From: Auanema rhodensis
Lineage: Eukaryota; Animalia; Nematoda
Reading direction: 5' to 3'
DNA length: 64,000 bases
Assembly (NCBI GenBank): GCA_964057225.1
Contig: OZ059895.1
Span: 11,160,001 to 11,224,000 of the forward strand
Shown: positions 28,301 through 43,694 of the stretch, piece by piece
Layout: each line of letters opens with the position of its first letter
Position numbering within the stretch: the first letter of the stretch is position 1
The notes under the pieces: generated by a model
Told to the model about the DNA's origin: nothing
Database searches by the model: none
What the model saw: the letters and a program-made list of their open reading frames with translations, nothing else
Translations under genes and position numbers: made by a program

Positions 28301-31300
28301 GCATGGCGTACTTTGAACGTGGTATAATTGTAAGCGAAAATATCTGATTTTCAATGATTTAAATACTTATCCTCGTTATAGTTTTTTTCCAATTTCATGT
28401 TAGTTATGTAGTTTTCCACGTTGCATCTGGTTCCCTCGATGATATCAAATCTTATGTGCTCCAAATACAATAAATTAAAAAAGGTTTTACAGTTGTTCAG
28501 TGTTTAAACAATGTTTGTTTCGATAGGGAATAGATACAAACAGTAAAGTTAAAATGAAGATTCATTAACTACTGGTTTATAACTGTAATATAGAAATAAG
28601 ATTGAAGATAATTTTCTGCCTTGGGTTGAGCTATCTAAGAAAATCTACTTGAAAAGTGAAAACATTTGTTACGGAAGAGATAAATTTGAAAATCAGCTGC
28701 ATGGCGTACTTTTAACGTGGTATAGTTGTAAGCGAAAATATCTGGTATTCAATGATTTACATACTTATCCTCGTTATAGTTTTTTTCCAATTTCATGTTA
28801 GTTATGTAATTTTCCACGTTCCATCTGGATCCCTCGATGATATCAAATTTTATGTGCTCCAAATGCAAAAAATTAAAAAAGGTTTTACAGTTGTTCAGTG
28901 TTTAAACAATGTTTGTTTTGATAAGAAATAGATAGAAACAGTAAAGTTGAGAGAAAAGTTCATTTACTGCTGGTTTATAACTGTAAAAAAAAAAAAGATT
29001 GAAGATACTTTGCTGCCTTGGGTTGAGCTATTTAAGGAAAACTACTTGAAAATTGAAAACATTTGTTACGGAAGAGATAAAATTGAAAATCAGCTGCATG
29101 GCGTACTTTTAACGTGGTATAGTTGTAAGCGAAAATATCTGGTATTCAATGATTTACATACTTATCCTCGTTATAGTTTTTTTTCCAATTTCCTGTTAGT
29201 TATGTAATTTTCGACGTTCCATCTGGATCCCTCGATGATAACAATTCTTATAAGCTTCAAATACAATAAATTAAAAAAGGTTTCACAGTTGTATAGTGTT
29301 TAAACAATGTTTGTTTCGATAGGGAATAGATACAAACAGTAAAGTTAAAATGAAGGTTCATTAACTACTGGTTTATAACTGTAATATAGAAATAAGATTG
29401 AAGATAATTTGCTGCCTCCGGTTGAGCTATCTAAGTAAATCTACTTGAAAAGTGAAAACATTTGTTACGGAAGAGATAAAATTGAAAATCAGCTGCATGG
29501 CGTACTTTTAACGTGGTATAGTTGTAAGCGAAAATATCTGGTATTCAATGATTTACATACTTATCCTCGTTATAGTTTTTTTCCAATTTTATGTTAGTTA
29601 TGTAATTTTCCACGTTCCATCTGGATCCCTCGATGATATCAAATTTTATGTGCTCCAAATGCAAAAAATTAAAAAAGGTTTTACAGTTGTTCAGTGTTTA
29701 AACAATGTTTGTTTTGATAAGAAATAGATAGAAACAGTAAAGTTGAGAGAAAAGTTCATTTACTGCTGGTTTATAACTGTAAAATAAAAAAAAGATTGAA
29801 GATACTTTGCTGCCTTGGGTTGAGCTATTTAAGGAAAACTACTTGAAAATTGAAAACATTTGTTACGGAAGAGATAAAATTGAAAATCAGCTGCATGGCG
29901 TACTTTTAACGTGGTATAGTTGTAAGCGAAAATATCTGGTATTCAATGATTTACATACTTATCCTCGTTATAGTTTTTTTTTCCAATTTCCTTTTAGTTA
30001 TGTAATTTTCGACGTTCCATCTGGATCCCTCGATGATAGCAATTCTTATAAGCTCCAAATACAATAAATTAAAAAAGGTTTCACAGTTGTATAGTGTTTA
30101 AACAATGTTTGTTTCGATAGGGAATAGATACAAACAGTTAAGTTAAAATGAAGGTTCATTAACAACTGGTTTATAACTGTAATATAGAAATAAGATTGAA
30201 GATAATTTTCTGCCGGGGGTTGCGCTATCTAAGTAAAACTACTTGACAATCGGAAACATTTTCTACAGAAGAGATAAAATTGGAAATCAGCTGCATGGCG
30301 TACTTTGAACGTGGTATAGTTGTAAGCGAAAATATCTGATATTCAATGATTTACATACTTATCATCGTTATAGTTTTTTTTCAATTTCATGTTAGTTATG
30401 TAATTTTCCACGTTCTATCTGGTGCCCTCGATGATATCAAATCTTATGTGCTCCAAATACAATAAATTAAAAAAGGTTTCACAGTTGTATAGTGTTTCAA
30501 CAATGTTTGTTTCGATAGGAAATAGATAGAAACAGTAAAGTTGAGATAAAGGTTCATTAATTACTGGTTTATAACTGTAATATAGAAATAAGATTAAAGA
30601 TAATTTGCTGCCTTGGGTTGAGCTATCTAAGTAAAACTACTTAAAAAGTGAAAACATTTGTTACGGAAGAGATAAAATTGAAAATCAGCTGCATGGCGTA
30701 CTTTCAACGTGGTATACTTGTAAGCGAAAATATCTGATATTCAATGATTTACATACTTATCATCGTTATAGTTTTTTTTCAATTTCATGTTAGTTATGTA
30801 ATTTTCCACGTTCTATCTGGTGCCCTCGATGATATCAAATCTTATGTGCTCCAAATACAATAAATTAAAAAAGGTTTCACAGTTGTATAGTGTTTCAACA
30901 ATGTTTGTTTCGATAGGAAATAGATAGAAACAGTAAAGTTGAGATAAAGGTTCATTAATTACTGGTTTATAACTGTAATATAGAAATAAGATTAAAGATA
31001 ATTTGCTGCCTTGGGTTGAGCTATCTAAGTAAAACTACTTAAAAAGTGAAAACATTTGTTACGGAAGAGATAAAATTGAAAATCAGCTGCATGGCGTACT
31101 TTCAACGTGGTATACTTGTAAGCGAAAATATCTGATATTCAATGATTTACATACTCATCCTCGTTATAGTATTTTTCCAATTTCATGTTAGTTATGTAAT
31201 TTTCCACGTTCCATCTGGTTCCCTCGATGATATCAAATCTTATGTGCTCCAAATACAATAAATTAAAAAAGGTTTCACAGTTGTATAGTGTTTTAACAAT

Positions 31301-34300
31301 GTTTGTTTCGATAGGAAATAGATAGAAACAGTAAAGTTGAGATAAAGGTTCATCAACTACTGGTTTATAACTGTAATGAAAAAATAAGATTAAAGATAAT
31401 TTGCTGCCTTGGGTTGAGCTATCTAAGTAAAACTACTTAATAAGTGAAAACATTTGTTACGGAAGAGATAAAATTGAAAATCAGCTGCATGGCGTACTTT
31501 GAACGTGGTATAGTTGTAAGCGAAAATATCTGATATTCAATGATTTACATACTTATCATCGTTATAGTTTTTTTCCAATTTCATGTTAGTTATGTAATTT
31601 TCCACGTTCCATCTGGTTCCTCGATGATATCAAATCTTATGTGCTCCAAATACAATAAATTGAAAAAGGTTTCACAGTTGTATAGTGTTTGAACAATGTT
31701 TGTTTTGATAGGAAATAAATAGAAACAGTAAAGTTAAAATGAAGGTTCATTAACTACTGGTTTATAACTGTAATATAGGAATAAGATTGAAAATAATTTT
31801 CTGCCTTGGGTTGAGCTACCTAAGTAAAACTACTTGAAAATCGGAAACATTTGTTACAGAAGAGATAAAATTGAAAATCAGCTGCATGGCGTACTTTCAA
31901 CGTGGTATAGTTGTAAGCGAAAATATCTGATATTCAATGATTAACATACTTATCCTCGTTATAGTTTTTTTCCAATTTCATGTTAGTTATGTAACTTTCC
32001 ACGTTCCATCTGGTTCCCTCGATGATATCAAAGCTTATGTGCTCCAAATACAATAAATCAAAAAAGGGTTTCACAGTAGTATAGTGTTTAAACAATGTTT
32101 GTTTCGATAGGAAATAGATAGAAACAGTAAAGTTAAGATGAAGGTTTATTAACTACTGATTTATGACTGTAATATAGAAATAAGATTGAAGATAATTTGC
32201 TGCCTCCGGTTGAGCTATCTAAGTAAATCTACTTGAAAAGTGAAAACATTTGTTACGGAAGAGATAAAATTGAAAATCAGCTGCATGTCGTACTTTGAAC
32301 GTGGTATAGTTGAAAGCGAAAATATCTGAATTTCAATGATTTACATACTTATCCTCGTTATAGTTTTTTTCCAATTTCATGTTAGTTATGTAACTTTCCA
32401 CGTTCCATCTGGTTCCCTCGATGATATCAAAGCTTATGTGCTCCAAATACAATAAATCAAAAAAGGGTTTCACAGTAGTATAGTGTTTAAACAATGTTTG
32501 TTTCGATAGGAAATAGATAGAAACAGTAAAGTTAAGATGAAGGTTTATTAACTACTGATTTATGACTGTAATATAGAAATAAGATTGAAGATAATTTGCT
32601 GCCTCCGGTTGAGCTATCTGAGTAAATCTACTTGAAAAGTGGAAACATTTGTTACGGAAGAGATAAAATTGAAAATCAGCTGCATGTCGTACTTTCAACG
32701 TGGTATAGTTGAAAGCGAAAATATCTGAATTTCAATGATTTACATACTTATCCTCGTTATAGTTTTTTTCCAATTTCATGTTAGTTGTGTAACTTTCCAC
32801 GTTCCATCTGGTTCCCTCGATGATATCAAAGCTTATGTGCTCCAAATACAATAAATCAAAAAAGGGTTTCACAGTTGTATAGTGTTTAAACAATGTTTGT
32901 TCCGATAGGAAATAGATAAAAACAGTAAAGTTAAGATGAAGGTTCATTAACTACTGGTTTATGACTGTAATATAAAAAAAAGATTGAAGATAATTTGCTG
33001 CCTCCGGTTGAGCTATCTAAGTAAATCTACTTGAAAAGTGAAAACATTTGTTACGGAAGAGATAAAATTGAAAATCAGCTGCATGGCGTACTTTTAACGT
33101 GGTATAGTTGTAAGCGAAAATATTTGGTATTCAATGATTTACATACTTATCCTCGTTATAGTATTTTTCCAATTTTATGTTAGTTATGTAATTTTCCACG
33201 TTGCATCTGGTTCCCTCGATGATATCAAATCTTATGTGCTCCAAATAGAATAAGTTGAAAAAGGTTTTACAGTTGTTCAGTGTTTAAACAATGTTTGTTT
33301 TGATAGGAAATAGATAGAAACAGTAAAGTTAAAATGAAGGTTCATTAACTACTGGTTTATAACTGTAATATAGGAATAAGATTGAAGATAATTTTCTGCC
33401 TTGGGTTGAGCTACCTAAGTAAATCTACTTGAAAAGTGAAAACATTTGTTACGGAAAAGATAAAATTAAAAATCAGCTGCATGTCGTACTTTCAACGTGG
33501 TATAGTTGAAAGCGAAAATATCTGATTTTCAATGATTTAAATACTTATCCTCGTTATAGTATTTTTCCAATTTTATGTTAGTTATGTAATTTTCCACGTT
33601 GCATCTGGTTCCCTCGATGATATCAAATCTTATGTGCTCCAAATACAATAAATTGAAAAAGGTTTCACAGTTGTATAGTGTTTAAACAATGTTTGTTTTG
33701 ATAGGAAATAGATAGAAACAGTGAAGTTAAAATGAAGGTTCATTAACTACTGGTTTATAACTGTAATATAGAAATAAGATTGAAGATAATTTTCTGCCGG
33801 GGGTTGCGCTATCTAAGTAAAACTACTTGACAATCGGAAACATTTGTTACAGAAGAGATAAAATTGAAAATCAGCTGCATGGCGTACTTTGAACGTGGTA
33901 TAGTTGTAAGCGAAAATATCTGGTATTCAATGATTTACATACTTATCCTCGTTATAGTATTTTTCCAATTTCATGTTAGTTATGTAACTTTCCACGTGCC
34001 ATCTGGTTCCCTCGATGATATCAAAGCTTATGTGCTCCAAATACAATAAATCAAAAAAGGGTTTCACAGTTGTATAGTGTTTAAACAATGTTTGTTTTGA
34101 TAAGAAATAGATAGAAACAGTAAAGTTGAGAGAAAGGTTCATTAACTGCTGGTTTATAACTGTAATATAAAAAAAAGATTGAAGATAATTTTCTGCCTTG
34201 GGTTGAGCTACCTAAGTAAATCTACTTGAAAAGTGAAAACATTTGTTACGGAAAAGATAAAATTGAAAATCAGCTGCATGTCGTACTTTCAACGTGGTAT

Positions 34301-37300
34301 AGTTGAAAGCGAAAATATCTGATTTTCAATGATTTAAATACTTATCCTCGTTATAGTATTTTTCCAATTTCATGTTAGTTATGTAACTTTCCACGTTTCA
34401 TCTGGTTCCCTCGATGATATCAAAGCTTATGTGCTCCAAATATAATAAATCAAAAAAGGGTTTCACAGTTGTATAGTGTTTAAACAATGTTTGTTTCGAT
34501 AGGAAATAGATAGAAACAGTGAAGTTAAGATGAAGGTTCATTAACTACTGGTTTATGACTGTAATATAGAAATAAGATTGAAGATAATTTTCTGCCTTGG
34601 GTTGAGCTACCTAAGTAAAATTACCTGAAAATCGTAAACATTTGTTACAGAAGAGATAAAATTGAAAATCAGCTGCATGGCGTACTTTCAACGTGGTATA
34701 GTTGAAAGCGAAAATATCTGATATTCAATGATTTACATACTTATCCTCGTTATAGTATTTTTCCAATTTCATGTTAGTTATGTAACTTTCCACGTGCCAT
34801 CTGGTTCCCTCGATGATATCAAAGCTTATGTGCTCCAAATACAATAAATCAAAAAAGGGTTTCACAGTTGTATAGTGTTTAAACAATGTTCGTTTTGATA
34901 GGAAATAGATAGAAACAGTAAAGTTAAGATAAAGGTTCACTAACTACTGGTTTATGACTGTAATATAGGAATAAGATTGAAGATAATTTGCTGCCTCCGG
35001 TTGAGCTATCTAAGTAAATCTACTTGAAAAGTGAAAACATTTGTTACGGAAGAGATAAAATTGAAAATCAGCTGCATGTCGTACTTTCAACGTGGTATAG
35101 TTGAAAGCGAAAATATCTGATTTTCAATGATTTACATACTTATCCTCGTTATAGTATTTTTCCAATTTCATGTTAGTTATGTAACTTTCCACGTTTCATC
35201 TGGTTCCCTCGATGATATCAAAGCTTATGTGCTCCAAATACAATAAATCAAAAAAGGGTTTCACAGTTGTATAGTGTTTAAACAATGTTTGTTTCGATAG
35301 GAAATAGATAGAAACAGTGAAGTTAAGATGAAGGTTCATTAACTACTGGTTTATGACTGTAATATAGAAATAAGATTAAAGATAATTTGCTGCCTCCGAT
35401 TGAGCTATCTAAGTAAATCTACCTGAAAAGTGAAAACATTTGTTACGGAAGAGATAAAATTGAAAATCAGCTGCATGGCGTACTTTCAACGTGGTATACT
35501 TGTAAGCGAAAATATCTGATATTCAATGATTTACATACTTATCCTCGTTATAGTTTTTTTCCAATTTCATGTTAGTTATGTAATTTTCCACGTTCCATCT
35601 GGATCCCTCGATGTTATCAAATTTTATGTGCTCCAAATGCAAAAAATTAAAAAAGGTTTTACAGTTGTTCAGTGTTCAAACAATGTTTGTTTTGATAAGA
35701 AATAGATAGAAACAGTAAAGTTGAGAGAAAGGTTCATTAACTGCTGGTTTATAACTGTAATATAAAAAAAAGATTGAAGATAATTTGCTGCCTTGGGTTG
35801 AGCTATTTAAGGAAAACTACTTGAAAATTGAAAACATTTGTTACGGAAGAGATAAAATTGAAAATCAGCTGCATGGCGTACTTATAACGTGGTATTGTTG
35901 TAAGCGAAAATATCTGGTATTCAATGATTTACATACTTATCCTCGTTATAGTATTTTTCCAATTTTATGTTAGTTATGTAATTTTCCACGTTGCATCTGG
36001 TTCCCTCGATGATATCAAATCTTATGTGCTCCAAATAGAATAAGTTGAAAAAGGTTTCACAGTTGTATAGTGTTTAAACAATGTTTGTTTTGATAGGAAA
36101 TAGATAGAAACAGTAAAGTTAAAATGAAGGTTCATCAACTGCTGGTTTATAACTGTAATATAGAAAAAAGATTGAAAATAATTTGCTGCCTTGGGTTAAG
36201 CTATCTAAGTAAAACTACTTGAAAATTGAAAACATTTGTTACGGAAGAAATAAAATTGAAAATCAGCTGCATGGCGTACTTTTAACGTGGTATAGTTGTA
36301 AGCGAAAATATCTGGTATTCAATGATTTACATACTTATCCTCGTTATAGTATTTTTCCAATTTCATGTTAGTTATGTAACTTTCCACGTTTCATCTGGTT
36401 CCCTCGATGATATCAAAGCTTATGTGCTCCAAATACAATAAATCAAAAAAGGGTTTCACAGTTGTATAGTGTTTAAACAATGTTTGTTTTGATAGGAAAT
36501 AGATAGAAACAGTAAAGTTAAGATAAAGGTTCATCAACTACTGGTTTATGACTGTAATATAGGAATAAGATTGAAGATAATTTGCTGCCTCCGTTTGAGC
36601 TATCTAAGTAAATCTACTTGAAAAGTGAAAACATTTGTTACGGAAGAGATAAAATTGAAAATTAGCTGCATGTCGTACTTTTAACGTGGTATAGTTGTAA
36701 GCGAAAATATCTGGTATTCAATAATTTACATACTTTTCCTCGTTATAGTATTTTTCCAATTTCATGTTAGTTATGTAACTTTCCACGTTTCATCTGGTTC
36801 CCTCGATGATATCAAAGCTTATGTGCTCCAAATACAATAAATCAAAAAAGGGTTTCACAGTTGTATAGTGTTTAAACAATGTTTTTTTCGATAGGAAATA
36901 GATAGAAACAGTAAAGTTGAGAGAAAGGTTCATTAACTACTGGTTTATGACTGTAATATAGAAAAAAGATTGAAGATAATTTGCTGCCTTGGGTTAAGCT
37001 ATCTAAGTAAAACTACTTGAAAATTGAAAACATTTGTTACGGAAGAGATAAAATTGAAAATCAGCTGCATGGCGTACTTATAACGTGGTATAGTTGTAAG
37101 CGAAAATATCTGGTATTCAATGATTTACATACTTATCCTCGTTATAGTATTTTTCCAATTTCATGTTAGTTATGTAACTTTCCACGTGCCATCTGGTTCC
37201 CTCGATGATATCAAAGCTTATGTGCTCCAAATACAATAAATCAAAAAAGGGTTTCACAGTTGTATAGTGTTTAAACAATGTTTGTTTTGATAGGAAATAG

Positions 37301-40300
37301 ATAGAAACAGTAAAGTTAAGATAAAGGTTCATCAACTACTGGTTTATGACTGTAATATAGGAATAAGATTGAAGATAATTTGCTGCCTCCGTTTGAGCTA
37401 TCTAAGTAAATCTACTTGAAAAGTGAAAACATTTGTTACGGAAGAGATAAAATTGAAAATTAGCTGCATGTCGTACTTTTAACGTGGTATAGTTGTAAGC
37501 GAAAATATCTGGTATTCAATAATTTACATACTTTTCCTCGTTATAGTATTTTTCCAATTTCATGTTAGTTATGTAACTTCCCACGTTTCATCTGGTTCCC
37601 TCGATGATATCAAAGCTTATGTGCTCCAAATACAATAAATCAAAAAAGGGTTTCACAGTTGTATAGTGTTTAAACAATGTTTTTTTCGATAGGAAATAGA
37701 TAGAAACAGTAAAGTTGAGAGAAAGGTTCATTAACTACTGGTTTATGACTGTAATATAGAAAAAAGATTGAAGATAATTTGCTGCCTTGGGTTAAGCTAT
37801 CTAAGTAAAACTACTTGAAAATTGAAAACATTTGTTACGGAAGAGATAAAATTGAAAATCAGCTGCATGGCGTACTTATAACGTGGTATAGTTGTAAGCG
37901 AAAATATCTGGTATTCAATGATTTACATACTTATCCTCGTTATAGTATTTTTCCAATTTTATGTTAGTTATGTAATTTTCGACGTTGCATCTGGTTCCCT
38001 CGATGATATCAAATCTTATGTGCTCCAAATACAATAAATTGAAAAAGGTTTCACAGTTGTATAGTGTTTAAACAATGTTTGTTTTGATAGGAAATAGATA
38101 GAAACAGTGAAGTTAAAATGAAGGTTCATTAACTACTGGTTTATAACTGTAATATAGAAATAAGATTGAAAATAATTTGCTGCCTTGGGTTAAGCTATCT
38201 AAGTAAAACTACTTGAAAATTGAAAACATTTGTTACGGAAGAAATAAAATTGAGAATCAGCTGCATGGCGTTCTTTCAACGTGGTATACTTGTAAGCGAA
38301 AATATCTGATATTCAATGATTTACATACTTATCCTCGTTATAGTTTTTTTTCCAATTTCCTGTTAGTTATGTAATTTTCCACGTTCCATCTGGATCCCTA
38401 GATGATATCAAATTTTATGTGCTCCAAATGCAAAAAATTAAAAAAGGTTTCACAGTTGTATAGTGTTTTAACAATGTTTGTTTCGATAGGAAATAGATAG
38501 AAACAGTAAAGTTGAGATAAAGGTTCATTAATTACTGGTTTATAACTGTAATATAAAAAAAAGATTGAAGATAATTTGCTGCCTTGGGTTGAGCTATTTA
38601 AGGAAAACTACTTGAAAATTGAAAACATTTGTTACGGAAGAGATGAAATTGAAAATCAGCTGCATGGCGTACTTATAACGTGGTATAGTTGTAAGCGAAA
38701 ATATCTGGTATTCAATGATTTACATACTTATCCTCGTTATAGTATTTTTTCAATTTTATGTTAGTTATGTAATTTTCCACGTTGCATCTGGTTCCCTCGA
38801 TGATATCAAATCTTATGTGCTCCAAATACAATAAATTGAAAAAGGTTTCACAGTTGTATAGTGTTTAAATAATGTTTGTTTTGATAGGACATAGATAGAA
38901 ACAGTGAAGTTAAAATGAAGGTTCATTAACTACTGGTTTATAACTGTAATATAGAAATAAGATTGAAGATAATTTTCTGCCGGGGGTTGCGCTATCTAAG
39001 TAAAACTACTTGACAATCGGAAACATTTGTTACGGAAGAGATGAAATTGAAAATCAGCTGCATGGCGTACTTATAACGTGGTATAGTTGTAAGCGAAAAT
39101 ATCTGGTATTCAATGATTTACATACTTATCCTCGTTATAGTATTTTTCCAATTTTATGTTAGTTATGTAATTTTCCACGTTGCATCTGGTTCCCTCGATG
39201 ATATCAAATCTTATGTGCTCCAAATACAATAAATTGAAAAAGGTTTCACAGTTGTATAGTGTTTAAACAATGTTTGTTTTGATAGGAAATAGATAGAAAC
39301 AGTAAAGTTAAAATGAAGGTTCATTAACTACTGGTTTATAACTGTAATATAGAAATGAGATTGAAGATAATTTTCTGCCGGGGGTTGCGCTATCTAAGTA
39401 AAACTACTTGACAATCGGAAACATTTGTTACAGAAGAGATAAAATTGAAAATCAGCTGCATGGCGTACTTTGAACGTGGTATAGTTGTAAGCGAAAATAT
39501 CTGGTATTCAATGATTTACATACTTATCCTCGTTATAGTTTTTTTTCCAATTTCCTGTTAGTTATGTAATTTTCCACGTTCTATCTGGTGCCCTCGATGA
39601 TATCAAATCTTATGTGCTCCAAATACAATAAATTAAAAAAGGTTTCACAGTTGTATAGTGTTTTAACAATGTTTGTTTCGATAGGAAATAGATAGAAACA
39701 GTAAAGTTGAGATAAAGGTTCATTAATTACTGGTTTATAACTGTACTGAAGAATTAAGATTAAAGATAATTTGCTGCCTTGGGTTGAGCTATCTAAGTAA
39801 AACTACTTAAAAAGTGAAAACATTTGTTACGGAAGAGATAAAATTGAAAATCAGCTGCATGGCGTACTTTGAACGTGGTATAGTTGTAAGCGAAAATATC
39901 TGGTATTCAATGATTTACATACTTATCCTCGTTATAGTTTTTTTTCCAATTTCCTGTTAGTTATGTAATTTTCCACGTTCTATCTGGTGCCCTCGATGAT
40001 ATCAAATCTTATGTGCTCCAAATACAATAAATTAAAAAAGGTTTCACAGTTGTATAGTGTTTTAACAATGTTTGTTTCGATAGGAAATAGATAGAAACAG
40101 TAAAGTTAAGATAAAGGTTCATTAATTACTGGTTTATAACTGTACTGAAGAATTAAGATTAAAGATAATTTGATGCCTTGGGTTGAGCTATCTAAGTAAA
40201 ACTACTTAAAAAGTGAAAACATTTGTTACGGAAGAGATAAAATTGAAAATCAGCTGCATGGCGTACTTTGAACGTGGTATAGTTGTAAGCGAAAATATCT

Positions 40301-43300
40301 GATATTCAATGATTTACATACTTATCCTCGTTATAGTATTTTTCCAATTTTATGTTAGTTATGTAATTTTCCACGTTGCATCTGGTGCCCTCGATGATAT
40401 CAAATCTTATGTGCTCCAAATACAATAAATTGAAAAAGGTTTCACAGTTGTATAGTGTTTAAACAATGTTTGTTTTGATAGGAAATAGATAGAAACAGTA
40501 AAGTTAAAATGAAGGTTCATTAACTACTGGTTTATAACTGTAATATAGGAATAAGATTGAAGATAATTTTCTGCCTTGGGTTGAGCTACCTAAGTAAATC
40601 TACTTGAAAAGTGAAAACATTTGTTACGGAAGAGATAAAATTGAAAATCAGCTGCATGTCGTACTTTCAACGTGGTATAGTTGAAAGCGAAAATATCTGA
40701 TTTTCAATGATTTAAATACTTATCCTCGTTATAGTATTTTACCAATTTTATGTTAGTTATGTAATTTTCCACGTTGCATCTGGTTCCCTCGATGATATCA
40801 AATCTTATGTGCTCCAAATACAATAAATTGAAAAAGGTTTCACAGTTGTATAGTGTTTGAACAATGTTTGTTTTGATAGGAAATAGATAGAAACAGTAAA
40901 GTTAAAAAGAAAGTTCATTAACTGCTGGTTTATAACTGTAATATGGAAAAAAGATTAAAGATAATTTGCTGCCTTGGGTTAAGCTATCTAAGTAAAACTA
41001 CTTGAAAATTGAAAACATTTGTTACGGAAGAAATAAAATTGAAAATCAGCTGCATGGCGTACTTTTAACGTGGTATAGTTCTAAGCAAAAATATCTGGTA
41101 TTCAATGATTTACATACTTATCCTCGTTATAGTTTTTTTTCCAATTTTCTGTTAGTTATGTAATTTTCCACGTTCCATCTGGATCCCTCGATGATATCAA
41201 ATTTTATGTGCTCCAAATACAATAAATTGAAAAAGGTTTCACAGTTGTATAGTGTTTAAACAATGTTTGTTTTGATAGGAAATAGATAGAAACAGTAAAG
41301 TTAAAATGAAGGTTCATTAACTACTGGTTTATAACTGTAATATAGGAATAAGATTGAAGATAATTTTCTGCCTTGGGTTGAGCTACCTAAGTAAATCTAC
41401 TTGAAAAGTGAAAACATTTGTTACGGAAGAGATAAAATTGAAAATCAGCTGCATGTCGTACTTTCAACGTGGTATAGTTGAAAGCGAAAATATCTGATTT
41501 TCAATGATTTAAATACTTATCCTCGTTATAGTATTTTTCCAATTTTATGTTAGTTATGTAATTTTCCACGTTGCATCTTTTTCCCTCGATGATATCAAAT
41601 CTTATGTGCTCCAAATACAATAAATTGAAAAAGGTTTCACAGTTGTATAGTGTTTAAACAATGTTTGTTTTGATAGGAAATAGATAGAAACAGTAAAGTT
41701 AAAATGAAGGTTCATTAACTACTGGTTTATGACTGTAATATAGAAAAAAGATTGAAGATTATTTTGCTGCCTTGGGTTAAGCTATCTAAGTAAAACTACT
41801 TGAAAATTGAAAACATTTGTTACGGAAGAAATAAAATTGAGAATCAGCTGCATGGCGTTCTTTCAACGTGGTATACTTGTGAGCGAAAATATCTGATATT
41901 CAATGATTTACATACTTATCCTCGTTATAGTTTTTTTCCAATTTCATGTCAGTTATGTAATTTTCCACGTTCCATCTGGATCCCTCGATGATATCAAATT
42001 TTATGTGCTCCAAATGCAAAAAATTAAAAAATGTTTCACAGTTGTATAGTGTTTGAACAATGTTTGTTTTGATAGGAAATAGATAGAAACAGTAAAGTTA
42101 AAAAGAAGGTTCATTAACTACTGGTTTATGACTGTAATATAGAAAAAAGATTGAAGATTATTTTGCTGCCTTGGGTTAAGCTATCTAAGTAAAACTACTT
42201 GAAAATTGAAAACATTTGTTACGGAAGAAATAAAATTGAGAATCAGCTGCATGGCGTACTTTGAACGTGGTATAGTTGTAAGCGAAAATATCTGATATTC
42301 AATGATTTACATACTTATCCTCGTTATAGTATTTTTCCAATTTTATGTTAGTTATGTAATTTTCCACGTTGCATCTGGTTCCCTCGATGATATCAAATCT
42401 TATGTGCTCCAAATACAATAAATTGAAAAAGGTTTCACAGTTGTATAGTGTTTAAACAATGTTTGTTTTGATAGGAAATAGATAGAAACAGTAAAGTTAA
42501 AATGAAGGTTCATTAACTACTGGTTTATAACTGTAATATAAGAATAAGATTGAAGATAATTTTCTGCCTTGGGTTGAGCTACCTAAGTAAATCTACTTGA
42601 AAAGTGAAAACATTTGTTACGGAAGAGATAAAATTGAAAATCAGCTGCATGTCGTACTTTCAACGTGGTATAGTTGAAAGCGAAAATATCTGATTTTCAA
42701 TGATTTAAATATTTATCCTCGTTATAGTATTTTTCCAATTTTATGTTAGTTATGTAATTTTCCACGTTGCATCTGGTTCCCTCGATGATATCAAATCTTA
42801 TGTGCTCCAAATACAATAAATTGAAAAAGGTTTCACAGTTGTATAGTGTTTAAACAATGTTTGTTTAGATAGGAAATAGATAGAAACAGTAAAGTTAAAA
42901 TGAAGGTTCATTAACTACTGGTTTATGACTGTAATATAGAAAAAAGATTGAAGATTATTTTGCTGCCTTGGGTTAAGCTATCTAAGTAAAACTACTTGAA
43001 AATTGAAAACATTTGTTACGGAAGAAATAAAATTGAGAATCAGCTGCATGGCGTTCTTTCAACGTGGTATACTTGTAAGCGAAAATATCTGATATTCAAT
43101 GATTTACATACTTATCCTCGTTATAGTTTTTTTCCAATTTCATGTCAGTTATGTAATTTTCCACGTTCCATCTGGATCCCTCGATGATATCAAATTTTAT
43201 GTGCTCCAAATGCAAAAAATTAAAAAATGTTTCACAGTTGTATAGTGTTTGAACAATGTTTGTTTTGATAGGAAATAGATAGAAACAGTAAAGTTAAAAA

Positions 43301-43694
43301 GAAGGTTCATTAACTGCTGGTTTATAACTGTAATATAGAAAAAAGATTGAAGATAATTTGCTGCCTTGGGTTAAGCTATCTAAGTAAAACTACTTGAAAA
43401 TTGAAAACATTTGTTACGGAAGAAATAAAATTGAAAATCAGCTGCATGGCGTACTTTTAACGTGGTATAGTTCTAAGCGAAAATATCTGGTATTCAATGA
43501 TTTACATACTTATCCTCGTTATAGTTTTTTTTCCAATTTCCTGTTAGTTATGTAATTTTCCACGTTCCATCTGGATCCCTCGATGATATCAAATTTTATG
43601 TGTTCCAAATGCAAAAAATTAAAAAAGGTTTCACAGTTGTATAGTGTTTTAACAATGTTTGTTTCGATAGGAAATAAATAGAAACAGTAAAGTT

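Noticed and set aside
383-43187. Repeated 60-86 aa ORFs (MKTFITEEIK..., MNLSLNFTV..., MLPWVELFK...) as a gene family
   Set aside because: They are translations of the satellite monomer in several frames and on both strands, often from GTG/TTG starts. They open or close with single SNPs or homopolymer slips.
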